Shown: positions 25,322 to 33,743 of the stretch, one piece after another
How positions within the stretch are numbered: the stretch's first letter is position 1
Layout: each line of letters begins with the position of its first letter
Assembly (NCBI GenBank): GCA_004297845.1
Contig: SCSP01000278.1
Span: 1-44,952, forward strand
Length of the DNA stretch: 44,952 nt
Direction: 5' to 3'
From: Bacteroidota bacterium
GTDB taxonomy: Bacteria > Bacteroidota > Bacteroidia > Palsa-948
Made by a program: the position numbers and the translations under genes
The notes under the pieces: model-generated
Seen by the model: the letters and a program-made list of their open reading frames with translations, nothing else
Told to the model about the DNA's origin: nothing
Database searches by the model: none

Positions 25322-27166
25322 TCACTGTTTTTTAATTGGTTGAATTTTATGAATGAGATCCATTTCGAACATTCTTTTTTCCACTTCAGGCCTTTTGATG
25401 GTATCTGTTGTGTATAATTCCATCATTAAGCTGGCAACTGGGGCTGCAAACTGAGATCCAAAGCCCGCGTTTTCAACCACAACTGAAATTGCAATTTTCG
25501 GATTTTCTTTCGGTGCAAAGGCAACAAATACTGAATGATCTTTTCCGTGCGGGTTCTGGGCAGTGCCTGTTTTTCCGCAGTAAGGCACGCTGTCTATTTT
25601 CTGCATGGCTGCCGTGCCGCTTTCCACCACTTTTGCCATTCCTTCCACCACAATTTCATAATGCTTGGGGTTAATTGTTGTTATCTGTTTTTTCCTGAAT
25701 CCAAGTTGATCAATGGATTTTCCGTCAATAGATTTTATAGTATGGGGGATATAATAAAAGCCTCTGTTTGCTATGATGCACATTACATTTGCCATTTGAA
25801 GTGGCAATATCCCCAACTCTCCCTGCCCGATGGAGAGCGAGACGATGGTGGATGACTTAAAATCATTTTTGCCGAAAAATTTTTTCATGTAGTATTCAAT
25901 ACTCGGTACGTTTCCTCTTAATTCATACGGAAGGTCAGACCCCAGCGGCTTGCCGAGGCCAAAAGTGAGTACATGATTTCTCCAAACCTCATATCCTTTT
26001 TTAGTGGTGCCGAATTTTTTCGCATCTATGATACCGCGGAACACATAACAGAAATACGAATTACAAGATGTGGAAATGGCGCCCACTAAGTCGCGGGGAG
26101 AACTGTGTGCATGACATTTCGGCTTTCCTCCCATGATCGGATAACCTCCTCTGCAGGGATATAAATTTTCTGGTGTGAGTGTTCCTTCCTGCAAACCGAC
26201 CAAGGAATTAATCAGCTTAAAAATTGATCCGGGAGGATAGGAAGCCATGAGTGCGCGGTTGAAAAGTGGCTTGAGTGTATCCTGCTGCAGTATTTTATAA
26301 TTTTTTGGCAGGGCGCTTCCGACCATCAGGTTGGGATCATACCCGGGGCTTGAAATAAAAGCGAGTATTTCTCCAGTGGATGGCTCGATCGCCACCACGC
26401 TTCCAATCTTGTTCAGCATGAGCTTTTCTCCGTATGCCTGAAGTTTTGCATCAATGGTGCAGACAATATCTTTTCCGGCTACGGCTGCTGTATCGTACAT
26501 TCCATTCATATAACTTCCTTGCGGACGGTTATGCACATCTACCACTTCAATATGAGTTCCTTTTATTCCGCGCAATACTTTTTCATAGGCTTTTTCCAAT
26601 CCGCTGATGCCGATGTAATCTCCATCCATATAATACGAGCTGGTATCGGTTATTTTTTCAGAAACTTCCCCTACATAGCCAAGCAAATGAGGAGCTATAG
26701 GTTCCGGATATTTCCGGAGTGTGCGGGGCTGGAGAAAGAAGCCGGGAAATTTGTACAGTTTTTCCTGCAGGATGGAGGAATGTTCTATTGAAATTTCTTT
26801 TTCAAAAATAGAAGGCTTGCGGGAAGAGTTGGGCGGCAGGATCGCTTTCTCCATTCTTTTCAGAAATATTTTCCGGTCAATGCTCAGCACTTTGCAGAAT
26901 TCTGCGGTATCAAGTTTTTTAACCTGGCGTGGGATCACAATGAGGTCATACGCTGCCTGATTGTACACCAGTCTTTTTCCTTTCCTGTCAAAAACATTGC
27001 CCCGTGCCGGATAATCCACCATGTATCGGAATGCCTGGTTACGGGCTGTAAGCTTGTATTGATCGTCAATGAGTTGTATGTAAAACAGGCGGGTTAAAAA
27101 AATAAGGATGATGGCAGAGAAGATCACAATGATCACATATTTTCTGTCTGAAAACTGCGAGGTCAT
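25322..27166 (-). CDS. mrdA: Penicillin-binding protein 2
   Basis: Transpeptidase motifs SIFK (SxxK), SCN (SxN) and KTGTA. N-terminal membrane anchor. Confidence 0.92.
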   Translation of the reverse strand: MTSQFSDRKYVIIVIFSAIILIFLTRLFYIQLIDDQYKLTARNQAFRYMVDYPARGNVFDRKGKRLVYNQAAYDLIVIPRQVKKLDTAEFCKVLSIDRKIFLKRMEKAILPPNSSRKPSIFEKEISIEHSSILQEKLYKFPGFFLQPRTLRKYPEPIAPHLLGYVGEVSEKITDTSSYYMDGDYIGISGLEKAYEKVLRGIKGTHIEVVDVHNRPQGSYMNGMYDTAAVAGKDIVCTIDAKLQAYGEKLMLNKIGSVVAIEPSTGEILAFISSPGYDPNLMVGSALPKNYKILQQDTLKPLFNRALMASYPPGSIFKLINSLVGLQEGTLTPENLYPCRGGYPIMGGKPKCHAHSSPRDLVGAISTSCNSYFCYVFRGIIDAKKFGTTKKGYEVWRNHVLTFGLGKPLGSDLPYELRGNVPSIEYYMKKFFGKNDFKSSTIVSLSIGQGELGILPLQMANVMCIIANRGFYYIPHTIKSIDGKSIDQLGFRKKQITTINPKHYEIVVEGMAKVVESGTAAMQKIDSVPYCGKTGTAQNPHGKDHSVFVAFAPKENPKIAISVVVENAGFGSQFAAPVASLMMELYTTDTIKRPEVEKRMFEMDLIHKIQPIKKQ

Positions 27167-27696
27167 TATGATTTTGGTCTAAAAAAGAAGAATTGGCTGA
27201 TAAAAACAATCGTGAGTGAGAAAAGAGAGCTGAGTATTACGCGGAACAGGGTGGAAAAGAACCCGCTGAAGTGAAAGGCTTCCATGTAGAATAAAATGAA
27301 GTGATGGACTAAGATCAAAATTCCTGCGTAAGAAAAAAACCAGCCGAATCCGAATTGTTGTACAGTGGGGCTTTGAACTGCATCGTAGCCTTCACGGGGC
27401 GATATTAATTTCAGGACGTGGTCTCGCATAAATGCCATGAATACAGACGCGGCCGCATGCATCCCTCCCGTATCTGAGAACATATCAACGCTTATGCCGG
27501 CTATAAAGGCAAGTAAAAGCGCCATCCATTTGGGTGTCTGAAACGGAAGCATGAGGACGAAAAGCACATACAGGAAGGGATTCAGATAACCGCTGAGTTG
27601 AATGTTATTGAGCACCAATACCTGGAACAGTACAAGAAAAAGAAACCGGATCGTATTTTTAATGATCTCGTTAATCATGCTGTTTGGCTTTTTCAA
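27166..27696 (-). CDS. mreD: Rod shape-determining protein MreD
   Basis: Small polytopic membrane protein between mreC and mrdA. The start may be the internal ATG at 27678, which gives an ATGATTAA overlap with the mreC stop. Confidence 0.8.
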   Translation of the reverse strand: MKKPNSMINEIIKNTIRFLFLVLFQVLVLNNIQLSGYLNPFLYVLFVLMLPFQTPKWMALLLAFIAGISVDMFSDTGGMHAAASVFMAFMRDHVLKLISPREGYDAVQSPTVQQFGFGWFFSYAGILILVHHFILFYMEAFHFSGFFSTLFRVILSSLFSLTIVFISQFFFFRPKS

Positions 27697-28501
27697 GTCC
27701 GGTTTGCTCTTCTTTCTTCAGGTTGTTCACCACATTGACGTAAGACAACCGGTTAAAATTTGTTGACAGTTTTACGGTAACATTATAAAATGTATTGCCT
27801 GCAATTTTTTTAAAGTTTTCGATCGTACCAACCATGATCCCTTCCGGGAAAATGGAAGAATAGGAACTTGTAACGATCACATCTCCTTTTTTCAGATGAA
27901 GGTGAGAGGGTACTCGATCCATTTTTGCGTGCCATTCGTCTTCTCCGTTCCAGGTTAGGATGGAGTTTTCGCCAAACTTTTGTATGGTAACAGGCACGCG
28001 CATGCTCTCATGCAGTACTGACATCACAGAGCAGAAATTGCCCGACACATCACGTACGATCCCAACGATCCCTTCGCTGCTGATCACAGCCATTTCGTTT
28101 TTCACTCCCTGATTTGAACCCGCATTAAGTGTCAGATAGTTATTTCTGCGGTTGGTGGAATTGTTCACCACTTTTGCAGTCAGATAAATGTATGATTGTT
28201 TTAGTGCTGAGTCTTTGACGGTAACCTGCAGACCGGATTTAGGCGAATAAGATTGACGTAGCTGATTGCGGAGCAGCACATTTTCATCTGCCAGTTTTTT
28301 ATTTGTTTCTTTTAAGCTGAAATAATCTGTTATGTCTGAATACGTTTCATAAATGTTTCCGGAAATTGCATTGGACGAGTTTAAGAAATGGGATCTCTGA
28401 AAATGATTGTTGCGGACTACCAGAAAGATAGCGAAGGTTTCAAGAGAAAGAAAAAGCAGGAGGTAGTAATTACGGGTGAGGAATAATATCAAGTTACGCA
28501 T
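27671..28501 (-). CDS. mreC: Rod shape-determining protein MreC
   Basis: N-terminal anchor, coiled-coil region, and beta-barrel domains (VISSEGIVGIV, GDVIVTSSYSSIFPEGIMVG). Confidence 0.88.
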   Translation of the reverse strand: MRNLILFLTRNYYLLLFLSLETFAIFLVVRNNHFQRSHFLNSSNAISGNIYETYSDITDYFSLKETNKKLADENVLLRNQLRQSYSPKSGLQVTVKDSALKQSYIYLTAKVVNNSTNRRNNYLTLNAGSNQGVKNEMAVISSEGIVGIVRDVSGNFCSVMSVLHESMRVPVTIQKFGENSILTWNGEDEWHAKMDRVPSHLHLKKGDVIVTSSYSSIFPEGIMVGTIENFKKIAGNTFYNVTVKLSTNFNRLSYVNVVNNLKKEEQTGLEKAKQHD

Positions 28502-28526
28502 GAGAGGTATAAAGCATTATATCTTT

Positions 28527-29549
28527 TTACCTGATTAAGAATGGAAACTTATCCGCATTCTTCAAAGCGATCCCTGTTCCGCGGGCTACTGCACGGAGAG
28601 GATCTTCCGCAACATGGACAGGAAGTTTTGTTTTCAAAGAAATGCGTTTGTCCAGCCCCCTGAGCAAAGCCCCGCCTCCTGTGAGGTAAATCCCGGTACG
28701 GTAAATATCCGCTGCAAGTTCCGGAGGTGTGATCTCAAGTGCATTCAATATCGCCTCTTCAATTTTAGAAATAGATTTGTCAAGCGCGTGCGCAATTTCT
28801 GAATAAGAAACAAAAATTTCTTTAGGAACTCCTGTCATAAGATCTCTTCCGTGCACAGGATAATCGGGTGGTGGATTGTCAAGATCAGGAATAGCAGCGC
28901 CTACTTCAATTTTAATTCGTTCCGCAGTGCGCTCACCCACTAAAATATTGTGCTGCCTGCGCATGTATTCTTCTATGTCAGCAGTTAATTCATCGCCAGC
29001 AATGCGGATGGATTTATCGCAAACAATTCCGCCCAGCGCAATGATCGCGATGTCGCTTGTACCACCGCCAATATCTACGATCATATTCCCCATGGGCTCT
29101 TCCACATCAATTCCTATACCAAGAGCTGCAGCCATGGGTTCGTGGATGAGATAAACTTCCTTTCCTCCTGCATGTTCCGCAGAATCTTTTACGGCACGTT
29201 TTTCAACTTCAGTAATTCCTGAAGGAATGCAAATTACCAATCGCAAGGAAGGAGCGAATAATCTTCTTCCGGGATTAATCATCTTAATCAGCCCGCGTAT
29301 CATAAATTCTGCTGCATTGAAGTCGGCAATTACTCCATCGCGGAGCGGACGAATTGTTTTTATGTTTTCGTGAGTTTTCCCGTGCATCTGCATTGCCAAT
29401 TTACCAACTGCAATCACTTTTCCGGTGTTGCGCTCAATGGCAACGATGGAGGGCTCGTCCACCACCACCCTATCGTTGTGAATAATGACTGTATTGGCGG
29501 TGCCAAGGTCAATTGCTATTTCTTGTGTGAGGAAACTGAAAAATCCCAT
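28527..29549 (-). CDS. mreB: Actin-like rod shape protein MreB
   Basis: IAIDLGTANT, VDIGGGTSDIAII and IYLTGGGALLRGL. Confidence 0.97.
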   Translation of the reverse strand: MGFFSFLTQEIAIDLGTANTVIIHNDRVVVDEPSIVAIERNTGKVIAVGKLAMQMHGKTHENIKTIRPLRDGVIADFNAAEFMIRGLIKMINPGRRLFAPSLRLVICIPSGITEVEKRAVKDSAEHAGGKEVYLIHEPMAAALGIGIDVEEPMGNMIVDIGGGTSDIAIIALGGIVCDKSIRIAGDELTADIEEYMRRQHNILVGERTAERIKIEVGAAIPDLDNPPPDYPVHGRDLMTGVPKEIFVSYSEIAHALDKSISKIEEAILNALEITPPELAADIYRTGIYLTGGGALLRGLDKRISLKTKLPVHVAEDPLRAVARGTGIALKNADKFPFLIR

Positions 29550-29717
29550 GCTGGTTACGAATTACGAATTTTGTTACGAATGTTACTAATTTCCCTCAGG
29601 CTGTTTTTTTGTATGTTTCAAATGTCGAACTCCTGATCTTAACTTTTGCATGTCGTTTTATTAGTTATCCACAAACTTTTTAACCTCGTCTTTCTCCCTT
29701 TAGGGTCGGGGCCTGTA

Positions 29718-31394
29718 CTAATGTTTAAAATGCCGAACGCCTGTAAATACCATAGACATCTTATTCTTGTCGCAGTAATCAATGGAATCCTTGTCTTTTA
29801 CCGAGCCTCCCGGCTGAACAACGGCCGTGATACCTTCGTTATGGGCTATTTCCACGCAATCGGGGAAAGGGAAAAAGGCGTCTGATGCCATTACTGCGTC
29901 TCTCAGGTCAAAACCGAAGTTTTTTGCTTTGAGAATAGCCTGCTTCAGTGCGTCCACCCGGGATGTTTGCCCAATTCCGCTGGCGAGTAGTTGCCCGTTC
30001 TTTGCCAGGACGATTGTATTCGACTTGCTATGCTTTACAATCTTATTCGCAAATACCAGGTCATTCAATTTCTCCTTGGACGGAATTGCTTTAGTGACTG
30101 GTTTCATATCATCTGCAGATTCGGTTTTAAAGTCCCGGTCCTGTTCCAGGTAGCCATTCAGGGCGGTGCGGATGAGTTTTGCAGAAAGTTCAGCAGATTT
30201 TTGCCGGAGGATTATGCGGTTTTTTTTTTGTTTTAGCAAAGTAAGAGCCGTTTTGTCATACGAAGGGGCGATGATCACTTCGAAAAAAAGTTTGTTTATT
30301 TCTTTTGCTGTAACTTCATCCACGTTTGCATTGGTTATCAGGATACCGCCAAATGCAGAAACCGGGTCACCGGCAAGGGCATTTTTCCAAACATCTGTGA
30401 GATTTTTCCCGGATGCAATCCCGCAGGCATTATTGTGCTTTAAAATGGCGAAGGTGATAGCCCCTTTTAATTCCCCCGAATGGAGAAAAATAGCATCTGC
30501 TGAACCCTCCCTTTGGTGGGTGGGTGGGCTGAATTCCGCCATGAGGTTTACCGCAGCATCAATATCCAGGAGATTATTGTAAGAAAGTTCTTTTCCGTTT
30601 AGCTGTGCGAACATCTTTTCAAAGTCACCGTAGAACGTCCCTTTCTGGTGCGGATTTTCACCGTAGCGGAGCGACTTTGTCCCGATAGCTATCGGGATTA
30701 CGGCAGAACCGCTCATCGCCTCACTCCCATCCCCTCTCCTCGGGGAGAGGGGGTCAACAGCCCCGGAAAAATAGGTGTGTATAGCCGTGTCATAGTTTGA
30801 CGAAACTCCAAATGCTTTTGTTGCCAGAAATTTTCTATCTTCAAGAGTAGAAACACCTTTTTTATCCTTTAGAATTTTTAAAAGATACGAGTATTCATTT
30901 TTGGAAGGAACAATAACCACGTCATTAAAATTTTTTGCTGCGGCACGAATGAGGGAAATTCCGCCAATGTCAATCTTCTCGATAATTTCGGTCTCGGCTG
31001 TTAGACCCCCTTCTCCCCCAGGAGAAGGGTTAGGGGATGAGGTGTGTTTTGAAACGGTCTCTTCAAACGGATACAGATCAACGATCACCAGATCTATCTG
31101 CGGAATTTTATATTCTTCCAACTGCGCCACATCGCTTTGCAGTTCTCTGCGGCTCAAAATGCCTCCGAAAATTTTAGGATGCAGTGTTTTTACTCTTCCT
31201 CCCAAAATGGAAGGGTAGGAAGTAAGCTCTTCCACCGGGGTAACTTTCACCCCTGATTTTTCTATAAACTCTTGAGTTCCTCCGGTGCTGAAAACGGTTA
31301 CGCCAAGCTCGCCTAATTTTTTTACGATGGGTTCAAGATGGTCTTTGTAAAAAACGGAAATGAGAGCGCTTTTAATTTTCTTATCTCCGGTCAT
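29718..31394 (-). CDS. purH: Bifunctional AICAR transformylase / IMP cyclohydrolase
   Basis: VFSTGGTQEFI, KTLHPKIFGGIL, IDIGGISLIRAAAKN, RYGENPHQ, ILKHNNACG and VVQPGGSVKD. The ORF is lengthened by several in-frame repeat insertions. Confidence 0.95.
   Translation of the reverse strand: MTGDKKIKSALISVFYKDHLEPIVKKLGELGVTVFSTGGTQEFIEKSGVKVTPVEELTSYPSILGGRVKTLHPKIFGGILSRRELQSDVAQLEEYKIPQIDLVIVDLYPFEETVSKHTSSPNPSPGGEGGLTAETEIIEKIDIGGISLIRAAAKNFNDVVIVPSKNEYSYLLKILKDKKGVSTLEDRKFLATKAFGVSSNYDTAIHTYFSGAVDPLSPRRGDGSEAMSGSAVIPIAIGTKSLRYGENPHQKGTFYGDFEKMFAQLNGKELSYNNLLDIDAAVNLMAEFSPPTHQREGSADAIFLHSGELKGAITFAILKHNNACGIASGKNLTDVWKNALAGDPVSAFGGILITNANVDEVTAKEINKLFFEVIIAPSYDKTALTLLKQKKNRIILRQKSAELSAKLIRTALNGYLEQDRDFKTESADDMKPVTKAIPSKEKLNDLVFANKIVKHSKSNTIVLAKNGQLLASGIGQTSRVDALKQAILKAKNFGFDLRDAVMASDAFFPFPDCVEIAHNEGITAVVQPGGSVKDKDSIDYCDKNKMSMVFTGVRHFKH
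30680..30697. repeat. Family B palindrome TCCCGATAGCTATCGGGA inside purH
   Basis: Identical to the 18-mer at 2452-2469. It is translated as part of AVIPIAIGTKS in the inter-domain linker. Confidence 0.85.
30719..30755 (-). repeat. GC-rich palindromic element copy inside purH
   Basis: CCTCACTCCCAT-CCCCTCTCC-TCGG-GGAGAGGGG, read as DPLSPRRGDGSEA. Confidence 0.8.
31007..31045 (+). repeat. GC-rich palindromic element copy inside purH (opposite orientation)
   Basis: CCCTTCTCC-CCCA-GGAGAAGGG-TTAGGGGATGAGGTG, read on the other strand as SSPNPSPGGEGG. Confidence 0.8.
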
Positions 31395-31445
31395 TGCGAT
31401 TTGTTAGGGGGTAAAGCTATCAAATTCGTCCTCCCTCTTCACCCG

Positions 31446-31453
31446 CAAAGTTA
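31446..31453 (-). promoter_or_regulatory. -7 box TAACTTTG upstream of purH
   Basis: The minus strand reads TAACTTTG (TAnnTTTG), 51 nt upstream of the purH ATG. Confidence 0.3.
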
Positions 31454-31608
31454 TGACAAATAGGGGAGTTTACTAACATAATATCAACTAAAGCACGTAA
31501 ACGAAACCATACGAAAAGAACGAAAAGAAGAATTTTTCAGGTTGTTTGTTCCTGAAAATATAGATGTACTTTTCGTACATTCGTACGAATTAGTTTTTCG
31601 AAGATTTC

Positions 31609-32853
31609 ATGTTGTTTATTACCCTTTTCAAAGAAAGTTTTCTCTTTGCCGTGCAGGCATTGGTAACCAACAAACTCAGGAGTTTTCTCTCCCTGCTCGG
31701 AATTACGATTGGAATTTTTTCAATTATTTCGGTTTTTACGATGACGGATTCTTTGGAGAAAAAACTACGCGACAGTGTAAAATCTTTGGGCGATGATGTT
31801 ATTTATATTCAGAAGTGGCCTTGGACTTTTGGCCCGGATTATCCCTGGTGGAAATACATGAACCGTCCCGTTCCGAACATAAGTGAATTGCGTGAAGTTG
31901 AAAAGTGGTGCAAGAAAGGAGATGCTTTTGCATTTATGATTTCTGCGAACGGAACGGCAAAATACAAGAGCAACAGCGTAGAAAATGCTAATATGATCTG
32001 CGTTTCCCACCAGTATGATAAGATACGTTCGTTTGTGATCAGTGAAGGAAGGTATTTTACTGAGAATGAATCCGAAAGCGGAAAATCCATCTGCATTATC
32101 GGAAATACCATTGCGGAGGGACTATTTGGCCAACTATCTGCGGTGGGGAAGGAAATTAAAGTTCGCGGCAGCAAACTTACTGTTGTTGGCGTATTGAAAA
32201 AGGAAGGAGAGAGCATGCTTGGTAACAATGTGGATACACAAATACTGATTCCTATCAATTTCGCGCGTAATCTTGTGGATCTCCGTAACGACCGGTTTGA
32301 ACCCATGATCATGGTGAAGGCCAGGGCAGGAGTGTCGAATGATGAACTTATTGATGAACTGACCGGTATCATGAGGGGGATAAGAAAACTGAAACCGATC
32401 GCTGACGATAGTTTTGCGCTCAATCAAACATCGATGATATCCAGTCAGGTGAACGAGATATTTGACGTAGTGGGGATCGCAGGATGGGCGATTGGTGGTT
32501 TTTCAATTCTGGTGGGAGGATTTGGAATTGCAAACATCATGTTTGTGTCCGTTAAGGAGAGAACCAATCTAATAGGGATACAGAAATCGCTCGGAGCAAA
32601 AAATTATTTTGTGCTGCTTCAATTCCTTGCAGAAGCAGTGATGCTTTCTGTGATGGGTGGAATCATTGGTCTTGTATTGATCTATGCCGGAACTTTTGTG
32701 GTTGAATCAGCCATGGAAATGGAAGTGCCTCTCACCCGTTCAAATGTTATTTTAGGGATGACAATTTCAGCATTAATTGGAGTAGTATCCGGTTTTGTGC
32801 CGGCTTATACTGCTTCACAATTAGATCCTGTTGAAGCAATCCGGACAAATTAA
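31609..32853 (+). CDS. ABC transporter permease (MacB/FtsX-like)
   Basis: An N-terminal TM helix, a large periplasmic domain and a C-terminal FtsX-type 3-TM bundle (GIANIMFVSVKERTNLIGIQKSLGA). No ATPase gene adjacent. Confidence 0.85.
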   Translation: MLFITLFKESFLFAVQALVTNKLRSFLSLLGITIGIFSIISVFTMTDSLEKKLRDSVKSLGDDVIYIQKWPWTFGPDYPWWKYMNRPVPNISELREVEKWCKKGDAFAFMISANGTAKYKSNSVENANMICVSHQYDKIRSFVISEGRYFTENESESGKSICIIGNTIAEGLFGQLSAVGKEIKVRGSKLTVVGVLKKEGESMLGNNVDTQILIPINFARNLVDLRNDRFEPMIMVKARAGVSNDELIDELTGIMRGIRKLKPIADDSFALNQTSMISSQVNEIFDVVGIAGWAIGGFSILVGGFGIANIMFVSVKERTNLIGIQKSLGAKNYFVLLQFLAEAVMLSVMGGIIGLVLIYAGTFVVESAMEMEVPLTRSNVILGMTISALIGVVSGFVPAYTASQLDPVEAIRTN

Positions 32854-32873
32854 GCATTTGTTATTTGTAATTT

Positions 32874-33224
32874 ATGGAAATTATCAGAAAACGCCCGCTC
32901 ATTCTCACTATCATCTGTGTGGCGGGCATTTTATGGAGCTTGATGAATTTTATTTTTATTTTCTCTCCCTTTATAAAAAAAATCAGCGATTGGGCTCCGG
33001 CAATTTATGGCGTTATTGTGGCACTCCAATTTATATCCTTTGTCGGAATCTGGCACATGAAGCGTTGGGGCGTGTTGTTTTACCTCTTCTCTTTTTTCTT
33101 AAAACAGAGTTTTACCATTCTCATTAATGATATTGGCATTTCGGAGAAGGTTGGAATTGGCATCTCTACCCTCTTTATCGTATTCTTTCTTATTTATTAT
33201 AGGCAGATGGATAAGGAATTATAA
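32874..33224 (+). CDS. Hypothetical small membrane protein
   Basis: 116 aa with about four hydrophobic segments. No family recognised. Confidence 0.5.
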   Translation: MEIIRKRPLILTIICVAGILWSLMNFIFIFSPFIKKISDWAPAIYGVIVALQFISFVGIWHMKRWGVLFYLFSFFLKQSFTILINDIGISEKVGIGISTLFIVFFLIYYRQMDKEL

Positions 33225-33229
33225 AAAAA

Positions 33230-33704
33230 TCATACACTTATCCCAATAATCATTACCGGAATATCAATATCGGCTGTTCCTCTTTTTTCTAAATCCCAAA
33301 CAAATTGTTCAAAATAAGAAACGCCCGTTGACATTTGTTCAGCTAACTCTTTGAAAGGAACAATCTCGATTCCAGCAATGATATGTCCAAGGTTTTTAAA
33401 AATAGTCATCTTAGCGCAGACATTATACACCATAAAAGAATACTTGCCAAATTGAACTTCGACACCTAATTTATTTTTTACAAAATCCATATCTCTATAT
33501 GGATAAACTTTCTTTTTGTAAGGATTATTGTAACCATTGACGTAATGATTGGTATTATAATCGCATGGTTCTTTAATATTTTTCCAGCCAAGCGGAGAAA
33601 GTTTCTTTTTCAATATTCTGTAAATTCTTGAGTGCATCTCCATGCAGTATCTCATGTTGAGCATCAGTATGGAAAAACTCTTCTATGCTTGTTTGATTTT
33701 TCAT
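33230..33704 (-). pseudogene. BglII/BstYI-like type II restriction endonuclease, frameshifted, orphan
   Basis: DMDFVKNKLGVEVQFGKY matches the BglII catalytic D-x8-E-x-Q block (DIDFGKRDILVEVQF). A plausible N-terminus (MKNQTSIEEFFHTDAQHEILHGDALKNLQNIEKE, 33573-33704) is in a different frame. The junction lies at an A5 run (plus-strand T5 at 33606-33610). Confidence 0.55.
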
Positions 33705-33743
33705 AATACAACAAATGTAAAACTATTTTTTGCAAAAGCATGA

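Noticed and set aside
27671-27696. 26-nt mreC/mreD overlap as something unusual
   Set aside because: An internal ATG at 27678 gives the common ATGATTAA-type 8-nt overlap. This is ordinary operon architecture.
31839-32423. 194-aa minus-strand ORF, plus 32134-32427 and 31765-32010, inside the ABC permease gene
   Set aside because: These are antisense shadow ORFs wholly within a well-supported CDS. Their composition is low-complexity and Ser/Ile-rich, and there is no start context.
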